NCBI GenBank assembly: GCA_040954595.2
Contig: CM082581.2
Location: forward strand, 2,844,699-2,908,698
Direction of reading: 5' to 3'
Length of the DNA stretch: 64,000 bases
Origin: Balanoglossus misakiensis
Taxonomy: Eukaryota; Animalia; Hemichordata
The translations under genes and the position numbers were made by a program. The notes under the pieces are model-generated. The model searched no databases and had not been told where the DNA came from. It saw only the letters and a program-made list of their open reading frames with translations. Shown here piece by piece: positions 35,701-50,300 of this stretch. How positions within the stretch are numbered: position 1 is the first letter of the stretch; each line of letters starts with the position of its first letter.

Positions 35701-38336
35701 GAATTGAAATCCGATTGTCGCCTTAATGCCTTTGAGCCTACAACAGCTGATGAAATTGACAAGGTTATTCGTGCATCGCCTTCATCTACTTGTCGCCTTG
35801 ATCCGATTCCTACCAAGATCTTCAAACATTCTGACATTTTACAAGTTTTGTTACCACATATCACAGAAATCTTCAATAACTCTCTGCAGTATGGTGCTGT
35901 ACCTCCTCATTTCAAGGAAGCCATCGTTAAACCTCTACTTAAAAAGCCATCTCTTGATCATGAAGTTCTCAAAAATTTCCGTCCTGTATCCAACCTGCCG
36001 TTTTTGTCGAAGATCCTGGAACGTATTGTTGCCAAGAGACTGACTTCTCACATTGTCAACCATTCATTGGACGAGCCTTTGCAATCTGCTTACAAGCCAG
36101 GACACAGTACTGAGACTGCTCTCCTCAAAGTAACAAATGACATTTTGCTTGCTCTTGATGAAAAAAGAGATGTTTTCTTGGTATTACTCGATCTTTCCGC
36201 AGCATTTGACACTGTGAACCATACCATTTTACTCAATCGCTTAAGAGACCGCTTCGGTCTCTCAGATACTGTTCTCATGTGGTTTAAGTCATACCTTTCC
36301 AATCGTAGTCAGTGTGTACTTGTAAATTCCACCCAATCACCTTTTTATCCGCTCGACACTGGGGTACCACAGGGATCAGTTCTTGGTCCCATACTTTTCA
36401 ATATGTACACGTCTCCATTAGGTGAATTAGTTCAAAGTCATGGTTGTCTTTATAGTTTTTATGCAGATGACTCTTCACTTTATATGTCTTTTAGTAAAGA
36501 CAACGCAGCAAGAACTGTTTCAAATCTTGAACTTTGTATTTCTGATGTTAGGTTTTGGATGTCTGAAAACTTCTTGTGCTTAAACGATGATAAGACTGAA
36601 TTTGTTATTTTCTCTGGTATTTTGGGTGATCTGTCTGCTAGAGGGATTTCAGAAATTCGTGTTGGCGATTCTCTGATTCCCGTCCATTGTCAGGCTAAGA
36701 GCCTTGGAGTGATCCTTGACTCTTGTCTGACAATGAAGCCACATATTGGACAGATCTGCCGCTCTGCCACTTTTCATTTACGTCGCATTGCGCTTATCCG
36801 CAAATATTTATCTCATTCAGCTACAGAGCAATTAGTTCATGCATTCATTACGTCTCGAATTGATTCATGTAATTCACTTTTATTTGGGCTCCCGAAGTAT
36901 TCAATCAACCGTATCCAACGCGTTCAGAATATTGCTGCTAGAATTGTAACTCGTTCTAAAATCACCTGTCACATCACTCCAATTTTGTATCAGTTGCACT
37001 GGCTACCTGTTACAGAGCGTATTGTTTTTAAGATGTTAGTTCTCATTTTTAAATCCATTCATAAACTTGGTCCAATCTATCTTTCTAGCATGACTAATCT
37101 ATATGTTCCATGTCGCAATTTAAGGTCAGCTGATCAGTTCAAACTCTGCCCTGTTCGATCACGCACCAAGAGTTATGGTGATCGTGCTTTTACTGTTGCT
37201 GCTCCAATTCTTTGGAATAATCTTCCACTCACCATTCGCCAGGCACCAGACTTATCTGTTTTTAAATCAAATGTTAAAACTTTACTTTTTAAATCTGTTT
37301 TTTAGCCATTTGTTGTATTGTACTTTTGCTTTAAGCGTCATTGATCACATTTTTTTGTGGATACTGACGCTATACAAATAAATTATTTTTATTATTATGT
37401 CGCCGGGAGTTCTTCCACTTTTACCCGGGCAGTACTTTTCTATTGTTGAGATCATTGCCATGCATAGCGCCCTCACGAGCCTGCAGGGGGAGAACGTCCT
37501 ACATCATGGCGTCCCTCACCATGCAGGCAAGTGTATTTGTAGCGTCCAGATTTCTATCGAATATTTTCTATGTAAAGGTTGGCATCCATGCCCCATGTTA
37601 TACCACGGACAAAAGTAACATTTTGAGAACACTCGTTGAAAGTTTCAGTGTTTGATGTTGGATATTTTTCATGTTTTATTCCACTCTGTACTTACCATTT
37701 GTAGGCTTGTGTGCAGTGCCTATTGTCGTGCATGTTATTCCCATGTGTCAGTTCCTGACCATTTCGTACTTACCTGCCAATATATCGTTGTTCAGTGGTT
37801 TCCATACAATTTAAACAAACAGATATGACTACCTTTGGTATATCAAGCTATTTTATTTAGTGTTTTCAGAGTTTTGTAAGCTTCACACAGGCCATGTAGT
37901 GCGTCACATGACTAGACACCCTAGCTTACTGTGGATTGTTGAAACCCCATTTATTGAACCCATAACTCAGTGTACGTTCTTTTCCCTTCTACATCATGGC
38001 GTCCCTCACCATGCAGGCGATGCGGAAGAAAATAAAACAAGCAATGTGAAGCCATAACTGGTGTCGGCTGAGTTTATTATGTGTGAGCGGTACTGTGACA
38101 CTGATCAACAGAAAATAACACAACGCAATGACAATAAGACAGAACTATTGAAGTACAGAACTATTGAAGTACAGAAAATCAGTGCCACATCTGGTGCCGA
38201 GACCAGGATTGATCCACAGTTACGACCGTATCCAGTTTATGTGTGTATGCTGATTCAGCCAGCGGAAGTCCAGTGTATGCAGAGTTGCTGTATTGTGTGC
38301 GAGTTGTTGACTGCTCCACAAGGAACTTGCCTGTCG

Positions 38337-38368
<32 letters not shown>

Positions 38369-41300
38369 GAAACACACACACATTTTGCAGACAAACATTT
38401 GAACAGTGAACTGTGAAAGAAAAGAACAGTGTTTACTGAACTCTGCTTAGAGCAGTACATTGAGTGCCAGTGGTTTGTAGCAGTATTCCGTACAAATATA
38501 CCAACCCATGAGTAGCAGTTTATTACCAAATATGCAGAACACAACTGTTGACGATTTGATGACCTTTGACCTTGTTGAAGGGGATGACATCCAAAATCCA
38601 CGGGAAGCAGTTCCACCCACTCCGCAACAACCCCCCATCACCATGACAACCCCACACAGACCGGTGAACCAGGGTAACTATGATCCCAATACCCCGCACA
38701 GCCAACCAGTTATGCAGCAACCAAGCATGTTCCTTGCCTCCAGTAATTTGTTTCAACCAAACTTTCAGTCCACCCCATATTTCTGTCCACAACCAGCAGT
38801 ACCACCTGTACAGCCATCATTCCAACCGGCTTTGAACCCACCACCCGTTTCTCAGTATAGAATGAACTCATCACATCAAGTGCGTGGTGTACCGATTTTC
38901 AGCGGGAATCCAGATGGGAAAGTGCTTGTGGAGGACTGGATCAGAGACATCCAATACTTATTCGAAGCCGGTACAATGCCAGAATACCTGCAGTTTGCCA
39001 CCATCATACGACACTTAAGTGGCGAAGCAAGGAAATTGGTCCTCAACCTCCCACCATCACAACAAACCCTGAGTCGTGCTTTCGATGAATTGCGCGCCGA
39101 ATATGGAGAGGGATGTCTGTCTATGGACCCGATGGGCAGCTTCTATGAAAGACGACAACGTTCAGATGAGTCAGCAAGCTCCTATGCAATAGCCCTAGAA
39201 GATATGTTGCGACAGGTAGAGGAGAGAATGAACCGTGGTCGACCCTACATGGACAGAGACTATAAACTTACCCAGCAGTTTATGAAGGGTTTGCACGATC
39301 AAAGTGTTTTCAATCGACTGGCTCCTATGAAACCGAGACAAATGACCTTTGCTGAACTTAGGGCTGAGCTTCGTCATCTAGCCAGAGAAGGTAGGCAAAC
39401 AGCAAACAAATCGAAGAAAGGCCAGACTCAACCGCATTTTGCGAGAGATAACCATGATCAGACGGGCAATCAGTCGGTGTCATTCATACCAGATCAGACA
39501 CCAGGAGTCGACCAGTCCATGGCACAAGTCACCCAGTTACTACAACAAATTGCACTGAACCAGGAACAGCAGGCTGCACGACTTGCCAAACTGGAAGCGA
39601 AGGCCACCAACGCACCGAAACAACCATCTGATCAGAGCAGCAGTACACCGATGTGTACGGCTGGTAAACCAGATCCAGCAGCAGCTAACAGAAAGCCAGC
39701 TCCACGGTTTGATGAGAATACTGTGTGTCATCGTTGTGGTGGTAAAGGACATATAGCTAAGGGATGTTGTTCCAAACCCATCCAGAAGTCCAGGGGATCA
39801 CCCAGTGGTGCTGGACATCATACAGCTACACCTTTAAACTAGTTCAACCTGTGGAAGAGGGACATTCCGCAGGTGTTGACACAGTTAGTCCCCCTCGTCA
39901 ACAGAAAGCAGATTCATTACAAGTTCGATCTGGAGTGGAGGTGGTAGACCAATTGGTTGGACCATTGAACGAGACATTGGTGGAAGTGAATGGCATTAAG
40001 TGTAGTACCCTGGTAGACACAGGTTCCCAAGTAACCACAGTGACCGAAGACTTCCTGCAGTCTCATCCTCAGCTATCCAGTAGAACATTGGAATCTGCAG
40101 ACATTACTATTGAAGGGGCGGGAGGCCAGAGTGTTCCTCATTACGGTGTGACACGGTTAGACTTGACATTTCTTGGGCGGACATATAAGCAAGTACCGGT
40201 ATTTGTTGTCCCACATACAGCGTATCGCAAGAAAGTGCCATTGTTGATTGGAACGAATGTGATACGTACTAGCCGCAACGATTTGAGAGCCATACATGGA
40301 CACTGCTACCATAGCCAAGTTAAACGGACATCAGAAGTATGGTATAGTGCCTATAGGCAAGTGGGGAAAACAGAGCTTGGTGGGAAGTCTGGATTGATAG
40401 GTCAAGCAAAATACAGGGGCCGTCGGCCCATGACTATACCACCAGGAGAAGAGGCCCACATTCCCTGTCGTGTGCCAAGGGGTCCCGCCAGGATGATGTA
40501 CACTGCACTCATAGAAGGCCCGCAAACTCGATGTGTTCCAGATGGGTTGGCTATTGGCAGAGTACTAGCCGATATTGACGGAGGACAGACAAGCGTAAGA
40601 GTTTGTAATTACTCGTCTAAGCCCCTGGTCATCTGGCCAAAGACCTGCGTTGCAGAGTTGCATGCTGTAGAGAGCGAGGATGACCTTCCAGCCCTCAGGG
40701 AACCCAGGAAATCAGACAAACATAAGCAAAACAGTACTAGAAAGGGCAGGTCCAGGAACCGCAGAACAATGCAGTCCGGGCGTGATCATGCACCTCCACG
40801 ACTGAGTCCACCCCAATGTCAGAGTACTACGCAGTCTGCATGGGATGGTATCCCTCCTGTCGATTCGAGTGGTGTAGCAGCAGATAACCTTGAACAGCTT
40901 CAAGCTTTAAAGGATCTCCTGCGGAAGAATGCCGATGTGTTCTCAAAACATTCTATGGACTACGGTAGAACGACTACCATCCAGCACGAAATACCGCTTG
41001 TGGACAACCAGCCATTTCGGTTACCACCCCGTAGAATACCCCCAACGCAGTACCAAGAGATCAAAGAGCATATTGCAGACATGGAGTCAGCGGGAGTGAT
41101 TAGACCCAGCAAGAGCCCTTATGCGTCTCCCATCGTTATTGTGCGCAAAAAGGATGGCTCTCCCAGGATCTGTATCGATTACCGTGAACTCAATAAACGT
41201 TCCATCAAAGATGCATTTCCCATGCCCCGTATTGATGATGCGCTGGAGGCCCTTGGGCAGGCAAAGTACTTCTCTACGCTGGACCTTACCTCTGGATATT

Positions 41301-44300
41301 GGCAGATGGAGATTGCTGAAAAGGATAAGTACAAGACAGCATTCACAACCCCCATGGGACTCTTTGAGGCGAACCGAATGCCTTTCGGTCTTACAAATGC
41401 ACCAGCGTCGTTCTCCAGACTTATGACAGCTTGCTTGGGCGACCAGAACTTTTCCACAGTCATCATCTACCTGGATGATATCATCATATTTTCCCGTACC
41501 TTTGATGAACACCTTACCAGGCTCCAAATGGTGTTTGACCGACTACGTCAACACGGGTTGAAACTGAAACCCCAGAAGTGCAGCCTTCTGCAAAGGGAAG
41601 TAAGTTACCTGGGGCATCGAGTGTCGGCAGACGGTATCAGCACGGACCCAGAGAAATTGAAAGCTGTGAAAGAATGGCCCAGACCTAGAAACCGTAAGGA
41701 CCTACTAAAGTACCTTGGCTTCACTGGGTACTACCGTCGGTTTATCAAGGGTTACAGCACCATAGCGGCGCCTCTGTACCGTTTGACTTCGGGAGACCCC
41801 AGAAAGAAAGTGAAAGGAGGAAAGGCACCCAAGCCTGCCCCACCATTTGTCTGGTCCAGCGAGTGTGAGGACGCTTTTTGTTGTTTGAAGGATAAACTTT
41901 TGTCTGCTCCCATCCTTGGATACCCCGACTTCTCGAAGCCATTTGTCCTTCATACAGATGCATCCGGAGAAGGTCTAGGTGCTGTACTAGTCCAGAATCA
42001 GGAGGGCAGAGACAGAGTTATATCATATTGCAGCAGAGGATTGTCACCTTCAGAAACCAGATACCCTGCACATAAGTTAGAGTTTTTGTGCCTCAAATGG
42101 GCTATCACCGACAAACTGAGGGACTACCTTTACGGCAATTACTTTACTGTACTAACAGACAACAACCCCCTAATCTACGTCATGTCCACCGCAAAATTGG
42201 ATGCTACAGGCCAGCGGTGGGTTTCTCAGCTGTCCATGTTTAACTTTGATATCAAGTACAGGCCGGGCAAGAACAACGCCAATGCGGATGGTCTCTCTAG
42301 GATGCCACGTGAAGAGGTTGCTCAACACTTCAAAGCCGTATGTAGTATGGTGAACAGCAAGGCCCTTGTGGATGGTGAGTCGAGACCAGAAGCGGCGGCC
42401 TCAGATGCCTTGCCCGGTATGACACCGTCAATGTTGAGACTGTGTCAAGAGGAAGACTCGTCAATTCAGAGAGCAGTTTTCCTGCGTAGCTCATCGAGAA
42501 AACCCAGCCAGAGGCAACTAAGGAGTGAATCCAAAGAGACAAGGCTGTTGCTCTACCAGTGGGACCGACTACAGGTCAAGGATGGCATACTGTACAGACA
42601 AGTTCGTCCACCTCAAGGAGCTGAAGTTTTCCAGATGGTTCTTCCATGTAAGTACCGAAGGGATGTCTTCCAGAAGCTACATAGTGAGATGGGACACCTT
42701 GGCCTGGACAAAACATTAGACCTCATACGTGCACGATTTTACTGGCCACAGATGTTTGTCCAGGTGAAGACGTGGTGTGAGCAGTGCACGCGCTGTTGCC
42801 TGAGGAAAACGGCGTCCAACATCCGGGCACCCCTTGTCAACATTAGAACTTCCGAGCCAATGGAACTAGTATGCATTGACTTCTTGACACTTGAGCCATC
42901 CAAAGGAGGCATAGAGAACATACTTGTGGTAACGGATCATTTCTCTCGTTACGCCCAGGCCTTCCCCACTCCAAACCAGAAGGCTTCAACTGTAGCTAGA
43001 ATTCTTTGGAAGAATCTGATATGTCATTACGGCTTTCCACGTCGCCTTCATGCAGACCAGGGACGTAATTTCGAAAGCTCATTGATACGCGAGTTGTGTA
43101 GCATTACCAATACCGTGAAGAGTCATACCACACCATATCACCCCCAGGGAAATGGGATGACAGAGAGATTTAACCAAACGCTTCTCAATATGCTTGGAAC
43201 CCTGGATCCGTCCCAGAAAACCGACTGGAAAGAGCACGTTGAAACCTTGACCCATGCTTACAACTGTGCCAGGCATGAGTCCACGGGATACTCACCTTTC
43301 TTTCTCATGTTTGGGAGATGTCCACGCCTGCCAGTAGACCTTGTATTCAACACCTCATCGGACAAGGAAGAGCCAGTCGAGTATTCAGACTATGTTGACG
43401 CACTCAGAGAGCGGTTGAAGATCGCCTACAGAGAAGCAAGTGCCAATGCAGATGAAGCAAGACAAAGGCAGAAGAAGCAGTATGATAGTAAGGCAAAGGC
43501 AGAGAGCCTGTCCCCCGGCGATAGAGTCCTGGTACAGCTGAAAGAGACAGGCAAACACAAAATAGGGGACCGGTGGGAAACAACACCCTATATCGTAGTG
43601 AAGAAACAACCAGACATTCCCGTCTATGTGGTTAAGTCTGAGATAGAGGACAGAGAGAAAACAGTGCATCGCAACATGCTCAAGTTATGCTCATTCCTAC
43701 CAGTGGAGTCTGGAGGTCAGCCAACCAGGCCAGTGGTGGGTGGTGCCAGCGGTCCAGTCACTTGTGCCACTGCTGGGGGGACCGACTGTGATTCAGAGGC
43801 CGAAGGAGACATGGTAGAATTGGTAGCCGAGCCAGAACTCACAGGGCTGACCCCTACGGAAGAACCCGCAGTTGCAGTCCAGCCTAAAGGGATCAGCAGC
43901 CCAGAACCATTGACAGCCCAGATGCCGACCACCGGTTATACACCAGATAACCATATATCAGTGACACCATCCACTTGTACTCCTGGTGCACCGGATGCTT
44001 CCACACAAGGGCAACACCAGTCATCCAAGGATAATCCCGCCACTATACATACACCGCCAACCGATCACAGCAACACCCTGGAACAGCCAGAGACAACACC
44101 TCGCCGATATCCACAAAGACAGCGGAGACCACCCGACAGATTAGGATCTTATATTTTATCCATAGTTGCCAGAGCTACAGGACATACTCACCCAGAACAA
44201 TGTGTGGGACCTATGATCGAGGTTTAAATCAGTTTCATGTAGATCACAACAAAAACAAATTCTTTGAAATGTTCGCGTTATTGTTAAATTTTTGATGAAA

Positions 44301-47300
44301 AAAAAAAACGTTGAGGACACCGTTTCCCAAACAGGGGGAGAGTGTCGCCGGGAGTTCTTCCACTTTTACCCGGGCAGTACTTTTCTATTGTTGAGATCAT
44401 TGCCATGCATAGCGCCCTCACGAGCCTGCAGGGGGAGAACGTCCTACATCATGGCGTCCCTCACCATGCAGGCAAGTGTATTTGTAGCGTCCAGATTTCT
44501 ATCGAATATTTTCTATGTAAAGGTTGGCATCCATGCCCCATGTTATACCACGGACAAAAGTAACATTTTGAGAACACTCGTTGAAAGTTTCAGTGTTTGA
44601 TGTTGGATATTTTTCATGTTTTATTCCACTCTGTACTTACCATTTGTAGGCTTGTGTGCAGTGCCTATTGTCGTGCATGTTATTCCCATGTGTCAGTTCC
44701 TGACCATTTCGTACTTACCTGCCAATATATCGTTGTTCAGTGGTTTCCATACAATTTAAACAAACAGATATGACTACCTTTGGTATATCAAGCTATTTTA
44801 TTTAGTGTTTTCAGAGTTTTGTAAGCTTCACACAGGCCATGTAGTGCGTCACATGACTAGACACCCTAGCTTACTGTGGATTGTTGAAACCCCATTTATT
44901 GAACCCATAACTCAGTGTACGTTCTTTTCCCTTCTACATCATGGCGTCCCTCACCATGCAGGCGATGCGGAAGAAAATAAAACAAGCAATGTGAAGCCAT
45001 AACTGGTGTCGGCTGAGTTTATTATGTGTGAGCGGTACTGTGACACTGATCAACAGAAAATAACACAACGCAATGACAATAAGACAGAACTATTGAAGTA
45101 CAGAACTATTGAAGTACAGAAAATCAGTGCCACAATTATTATTATTATTATTAAGTAAAGCTCAGTTACATGGTTACGTTTTTTATTCGTTATCTTTTCT
45201 ATATTTATTTGTTTCCGTGTAAAAATATCTTTGACGAACAAAATTCCAGATTTAGACAACTTAAGTATAAAACAGCGTCTTGTTTCTAAACCTTATAAAT
45301 TGATCTGACCAGATTAGGGTACTTGTTGAATCAGTGCAGAATCTGGCTTTTCTATTTTATCTAAATTCTTCGACAAATAAAGAATCACTTCCCTATGAAA
45401 TGGCGGCAGAAAGCCAGTATCAGGACAGTCGATTGGTTTGTTAAAGTTACTTTAGAAACTAACTATGTCTAGGTTGCATTTACATCATAGATATAATTAC
45501 GAATCAAAATCAAAATCAGTTTCGAACCATTGTCCTTCGGAAAGCGTTTTGACTGACAAAGTCGCTTGAAGTGCTTTGTATTGCACAAGATATCGATAAT
45601 TTTAATCCCATCTTGATGATAGTCAGCAATTATAATTTGAACCCCCCAAATTCTAAGAATAAAATGATATAGTGAAAATAAGCTTTGATACACCAAAAGT
45701 CTCCAGGATCACAACTTTTCTGGAAAGAGTAAGATTTCGCTTACTCCATGCTACATGTACCAAATAAAACAAAGCTTTCCGTAATGATCTTTACACATTG
45801 AGATATTAGAATGAAGTGACTTATTGGGAGCATCGTGCCACCTAATCCCAGAAAATTACCAATCTAAAGCCCAACTGTGTGTGTATTCAGTTGGGTTTCT
45901 TCAATAAACACACATTTTTGACAATATTAATAGCATGATGAACACTATTCTCAACAAATAAAATAATGGTGTGTTGTCCACAACTGGTGTAATTTTATGC
46001 ATTTGGAATCGTAGCCATCATTTATCTTTTGGTCATCTCTAATAACAGTCGCCAAAAATGCTATGACAAACAAAAAAATGAAGTGCTGTTAGGGGACACC
46101 CTTGTTAGATCCCTTTGGATGGATAGAGAAGACATAGCCATTATTTGAAACGTCTATGAGAAAATTGATGACAAAACATTTATCATTTCATTCTGCAGCT
46201 GAAGTTTGGGAATACAACTTACAAGACTGATGTCTACAGGAAGTCGCTGAATCCACAGTGGAATTCTGAATGGTACAAATTTGAGGTAAAGAGATTGCAT
46301 ATGATGTACAATGTACAATTTGTCTTTATACATGTATGTAGTAACAAATCAAAGCCTTGCAACATTTAAACTGAAAGATTTGACTTGCTATAATTTAAAC
46401 CAATCATTGTTCCTTAGAAAATGCAAATTCTGAAAATGATTTGTTTGATTTCTATGTAATTAAAAGACATTTGGCATCAGATTCAGAGAATGATAGAAAC
46501 ATATCTTTATCACAAGGCAGACTATAAATATTAGTAAATACTGGAGAATTTTAAATAATGTTATGGCTCGGCATCCAGATTAGCAACTGTGCCCTGACGT
46601 AACCTTTTACCAGATCACCATACCAGTAACTTTATAGGAATCTCAAGCACTTTACATGGGTGCAGTAGCGCTTTCATTCCGAGGAAGTACATGTAGGTTA
46701 CACGTACAGAAACCTGGCCCGCATATTATACATGTAATGAAACATAGACCATGTCCGTACGCCAATGAGAGCCATGTTTACAATAGCCCGTGCCTGACCC
46801 TTTCCCTTCAGCGTAGCGCAGCCAGTGGTGGGAATAGGGCAGGGGACCAGATTAAGGGTTCCTAAAAATGTAAATAACTTAAGGTAGTTGGAAAGGCTAT
46901 TTTTGAAGCAAATTCTCTCAATGTTTGTGAATTTATTTTCACAAGTTAGAATAAAGATAATGACTTGAAATTTGCAGCATGTGTTCTTAACAAACTAAAA
47001 AGTGAGGGAAAAATATGACTGTAAAAATATCTGCTAAAATTATGAAATTTGATACGCCTAAATATAAATATTCATAATTTTACAAAATATTGATTGAATC
47101 TTGACATGTTTTCACAAATTATTGAATAATTTGTATTCATTTTAATATGAAGCAACCCCTCCAGCAATGTATGGGACACTTTCAGCAAAAACTTATTTTT
47201 TTCAAAGTTATCACTCAGGAAAACACAGATTTTGTTGATATTTTGTATACAACTTTAACGTGCTGCCAAAACACAACGGGAAAACTTATGAAAAAACTGT

Positions 47301-50300
47301 CCCGTAAAATTGTTCTTTGGGATGTCCCGAGCCTTTCCTGAAAGTTTCATGATAAAAAAATTATCTGGCATACCTATTCAATCACAAATAAAAACCATTA
47401 CATTATGGCGAAGGGCAGAAAAGTAGCGAAATACGCAAAGTTTAGCGGCAGTTCACGGCGAAGGATCGCATTTATCTGGGTCAAACGCTTTTCCGCTGGC
47501 TTTTCGGGTTCCCTAGAAATGCAAAAATGTCCATAATTTGGCAGCCTTTAATAAACAAGCAAGGTTATCTATTGTTGAAAATTGCAAGAATCAGTGTTTT
47601 CAAGTTACATTTAAATGCCCTTGGCTAGGGGAACCCGTCCTTGTGCGCATAGCCTAGGAGAAGTCTTCCCCTAGAGGGCGCTCAAATAAGGCTCCCTAGC
47701 TTCCTTGCCAGATGAATGAAATTAGGTATCATAAAACCAGCCATATCTTGTTACACGTTTATTGCCCCGAATTTTTTATGAGTTTAATTTTTCTCTAATA
47801 CATTTCTAGATATAAATTCAGTGTTTTTAAATGAAATTTTAACTGACGCCCTAGCCTTTCCAACTACCTTAAACCATGACCTCAAGTAAGAATTTTACAG
47901 GAGACTATCTGTGCTGAGTAGATAACGATACAAATTTGAAACTCAATAACAACACCTGTTTTGTGTTGTCTAAAGGTTGATGATGAAGAGCTACAAGATG
48001 AACCGTTACAAATTCGTATCATGGATTATGATACCTACAGTGCCCATGATGCAATAGGAAAAGTAAGTATGATTTGATTGAAAGCCAAAGAAATGTATCT
48101 GGTTTCCAGTCAGTCCTAACTTACATATTCTTATACAGTAAAACCTGTCAGTGTCTAAACTGAACAGTGTCTAATCTTGAAACCTGTCTATACTGAACAT
48201 ATTTTCCTGCCCCTTTGACATACTGATAGTACCACATGTTGAAAAGGATTACTATAAACTGGACACCTTTACAAACAGAACAATTTCTTCAGTCCCTTTG
48301 GTGATAAGTTTAGACAGGTTTGATAAGTGGGAAGCAAGACATCTTGCAGGTACTAGAAGATTGGTATAATATACATTGTATATTAGTCAACTCAAATCCA
48401 CATGTACATGTCTGCAGTGTGTAAGTTAGAGAGCATTCTTCCTGAAAACCATTTCACCCCCAGTTCCCCCTTCAGAGGTCCAGCCTTATCATAGAAAACA
48501 ATATGTTTGGAATTAACCATGGCGGTGAAAGGGCAACGGGTGAATCTTTATAATGAACACTGATTTTTTTTAGCACTGTTCTAAATTTACAATATCCATC
48601 ATTTTCCAGCTCTACATAGATTTAAATCCCCTTCTGTGGAAAGATGGTGTTGTTGGGATATCCGGGTGGTTTCCCATTTATGATACAATGCATGGTATCC
48701 GTGGTGAAATCAACGTAGCAATAAGAGTGGAACTTTTCACAGATGCTAATAAGTTCAGAGAGTCGTCATGTGGTGTCAAGTTTTTCTGCAGTAAGTACTG
48801 AAATCAATTAGGTGTTGTGTGACCATGTCAAGTTTTTCTGTAGTTCATAAAATGAAGGATGTCCAGTGTCAAAAATAGTTATTTGTATTGAAAACAGTAG
48901 TTTTCTTTATTTTCACCAAAAAACTACAAAATCATAAAGTTCCATGTCGAAATTACTGTCATTTTGTCAGGTTGACATTGTACATGTAGGTTAAATATGG
49001 TAAATTCAATTTTCATTATGTTTATATTTCATCTAGAATTCAGAATTACCCAGGGTGGAGAACACTGTCTAGAAAATAAAACACAATTTTTTACATGGTT
49101 ATTTGGTGAAACTAAAGTGAATGTTGCTACAAAGCAACTGCTAATTTTATCATTTCTTTCTTTATTACTGTAGAATAAAAATACTATATCTGTTATTGTT
49201 AATATGGTCTGGAATATAACATTATTGTATTTCTCAATCCATTTGCTGTAATTGTACTTGAAATAATCATTTTGGGATAACTGTTGGGAACTGCAGTAAC
49301 ATTTCTACTTATTACATGTGCATTGATATGTACATGTACATGTACCAGACAGAACCCAGGTAAAGAGACTGGGTAACCGTGGTGACAATTACTGGGCACC
49401 ACCCTTAAAAAGACACTTGCTAATAGGACCAAAGTTGCAATAGCTAGAAAGTTTGGCTTTTTAAGGCTCCTTTATGTACACCCTGAAGTGAATAATTTGT
49501 AAAAGGGCAGCATTTACAACAACCAACGGTTGAGAAATACAAAGTATATATGAAGCATTGCTGTTGCTTTTAACAAAGTTGCATTTGTGTTCATTTAAAT
49601 CCATGTAGGTAGCTGTGTGCCGTTCAACTACACAGCCGCTGCAGTCTATGGATTTGTTGAAGAGTTGGTGGTTAATGATGACCCAGAATATCAGGTAATA
49701 GAAATGTTGGAAATACCCATTGCCAAACTAATCAAAGCAAGTGATGGGTCGTGTACATGTATCTTGTGTATGCAGCCTGCAGACAGTGGTTAATTAAGAT
49801 ACTGTAAAATGGGTTATTTTCGGGAGCAATAAATGTTTGCAAAATACACGAGAGCCAAACAAACAAGACAATAAAAAGTTGTGTAAAATGTTTTAGGAGA
49901 TAATCATGCAGTTACTGAAATATGAGAACACGGAAATTAATCCTCGCGTAACAAATGCTTAATCTGATGTCGCGAAGATTTCCTTTCGCTAAAATAACCC
50001 ATTTTACAGTAGTATTTCTTTGATGTATATGGATATGTTGGAATGCTAAACAGGGTGTGGTGTTTCAGGATTGACATTTTCAAATACAGTGGACCCTCGC
50101 TAAATCGACTTTGGAAAACGACCTCCAGTCCCGTGATTGCTTCTGGTGGTGTTGACGGTGGCTGGACCTGCATGTTTTCGCTGTCAGCCATTGGGTCGTC
50201 TTCATCATCCGTATCGTGATAGACTGCCTGGTTTTCAGAATTTCTGAGGGTAGAAACAATACCCTCATCGGACAACAGTTCAAATGATGGCTCCAGTCCA

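Larger units (their letters stand above)
37398..45134 (+). mobile_element. Full-length Ty3/Gypsy LTR retrotransposon
   Basis: 792-bp TG...CA LTRs, ATTA target-site duplication, PBS 38192-38210, PPT AGGGGGAGAG 44333-44342, open gag and pol. Confidence 0.97.

Noticed and set aside
37397-38345. Short ORFs duplicated at 44292-45002
   Set aside because: Chance ORFs within the two LTRs
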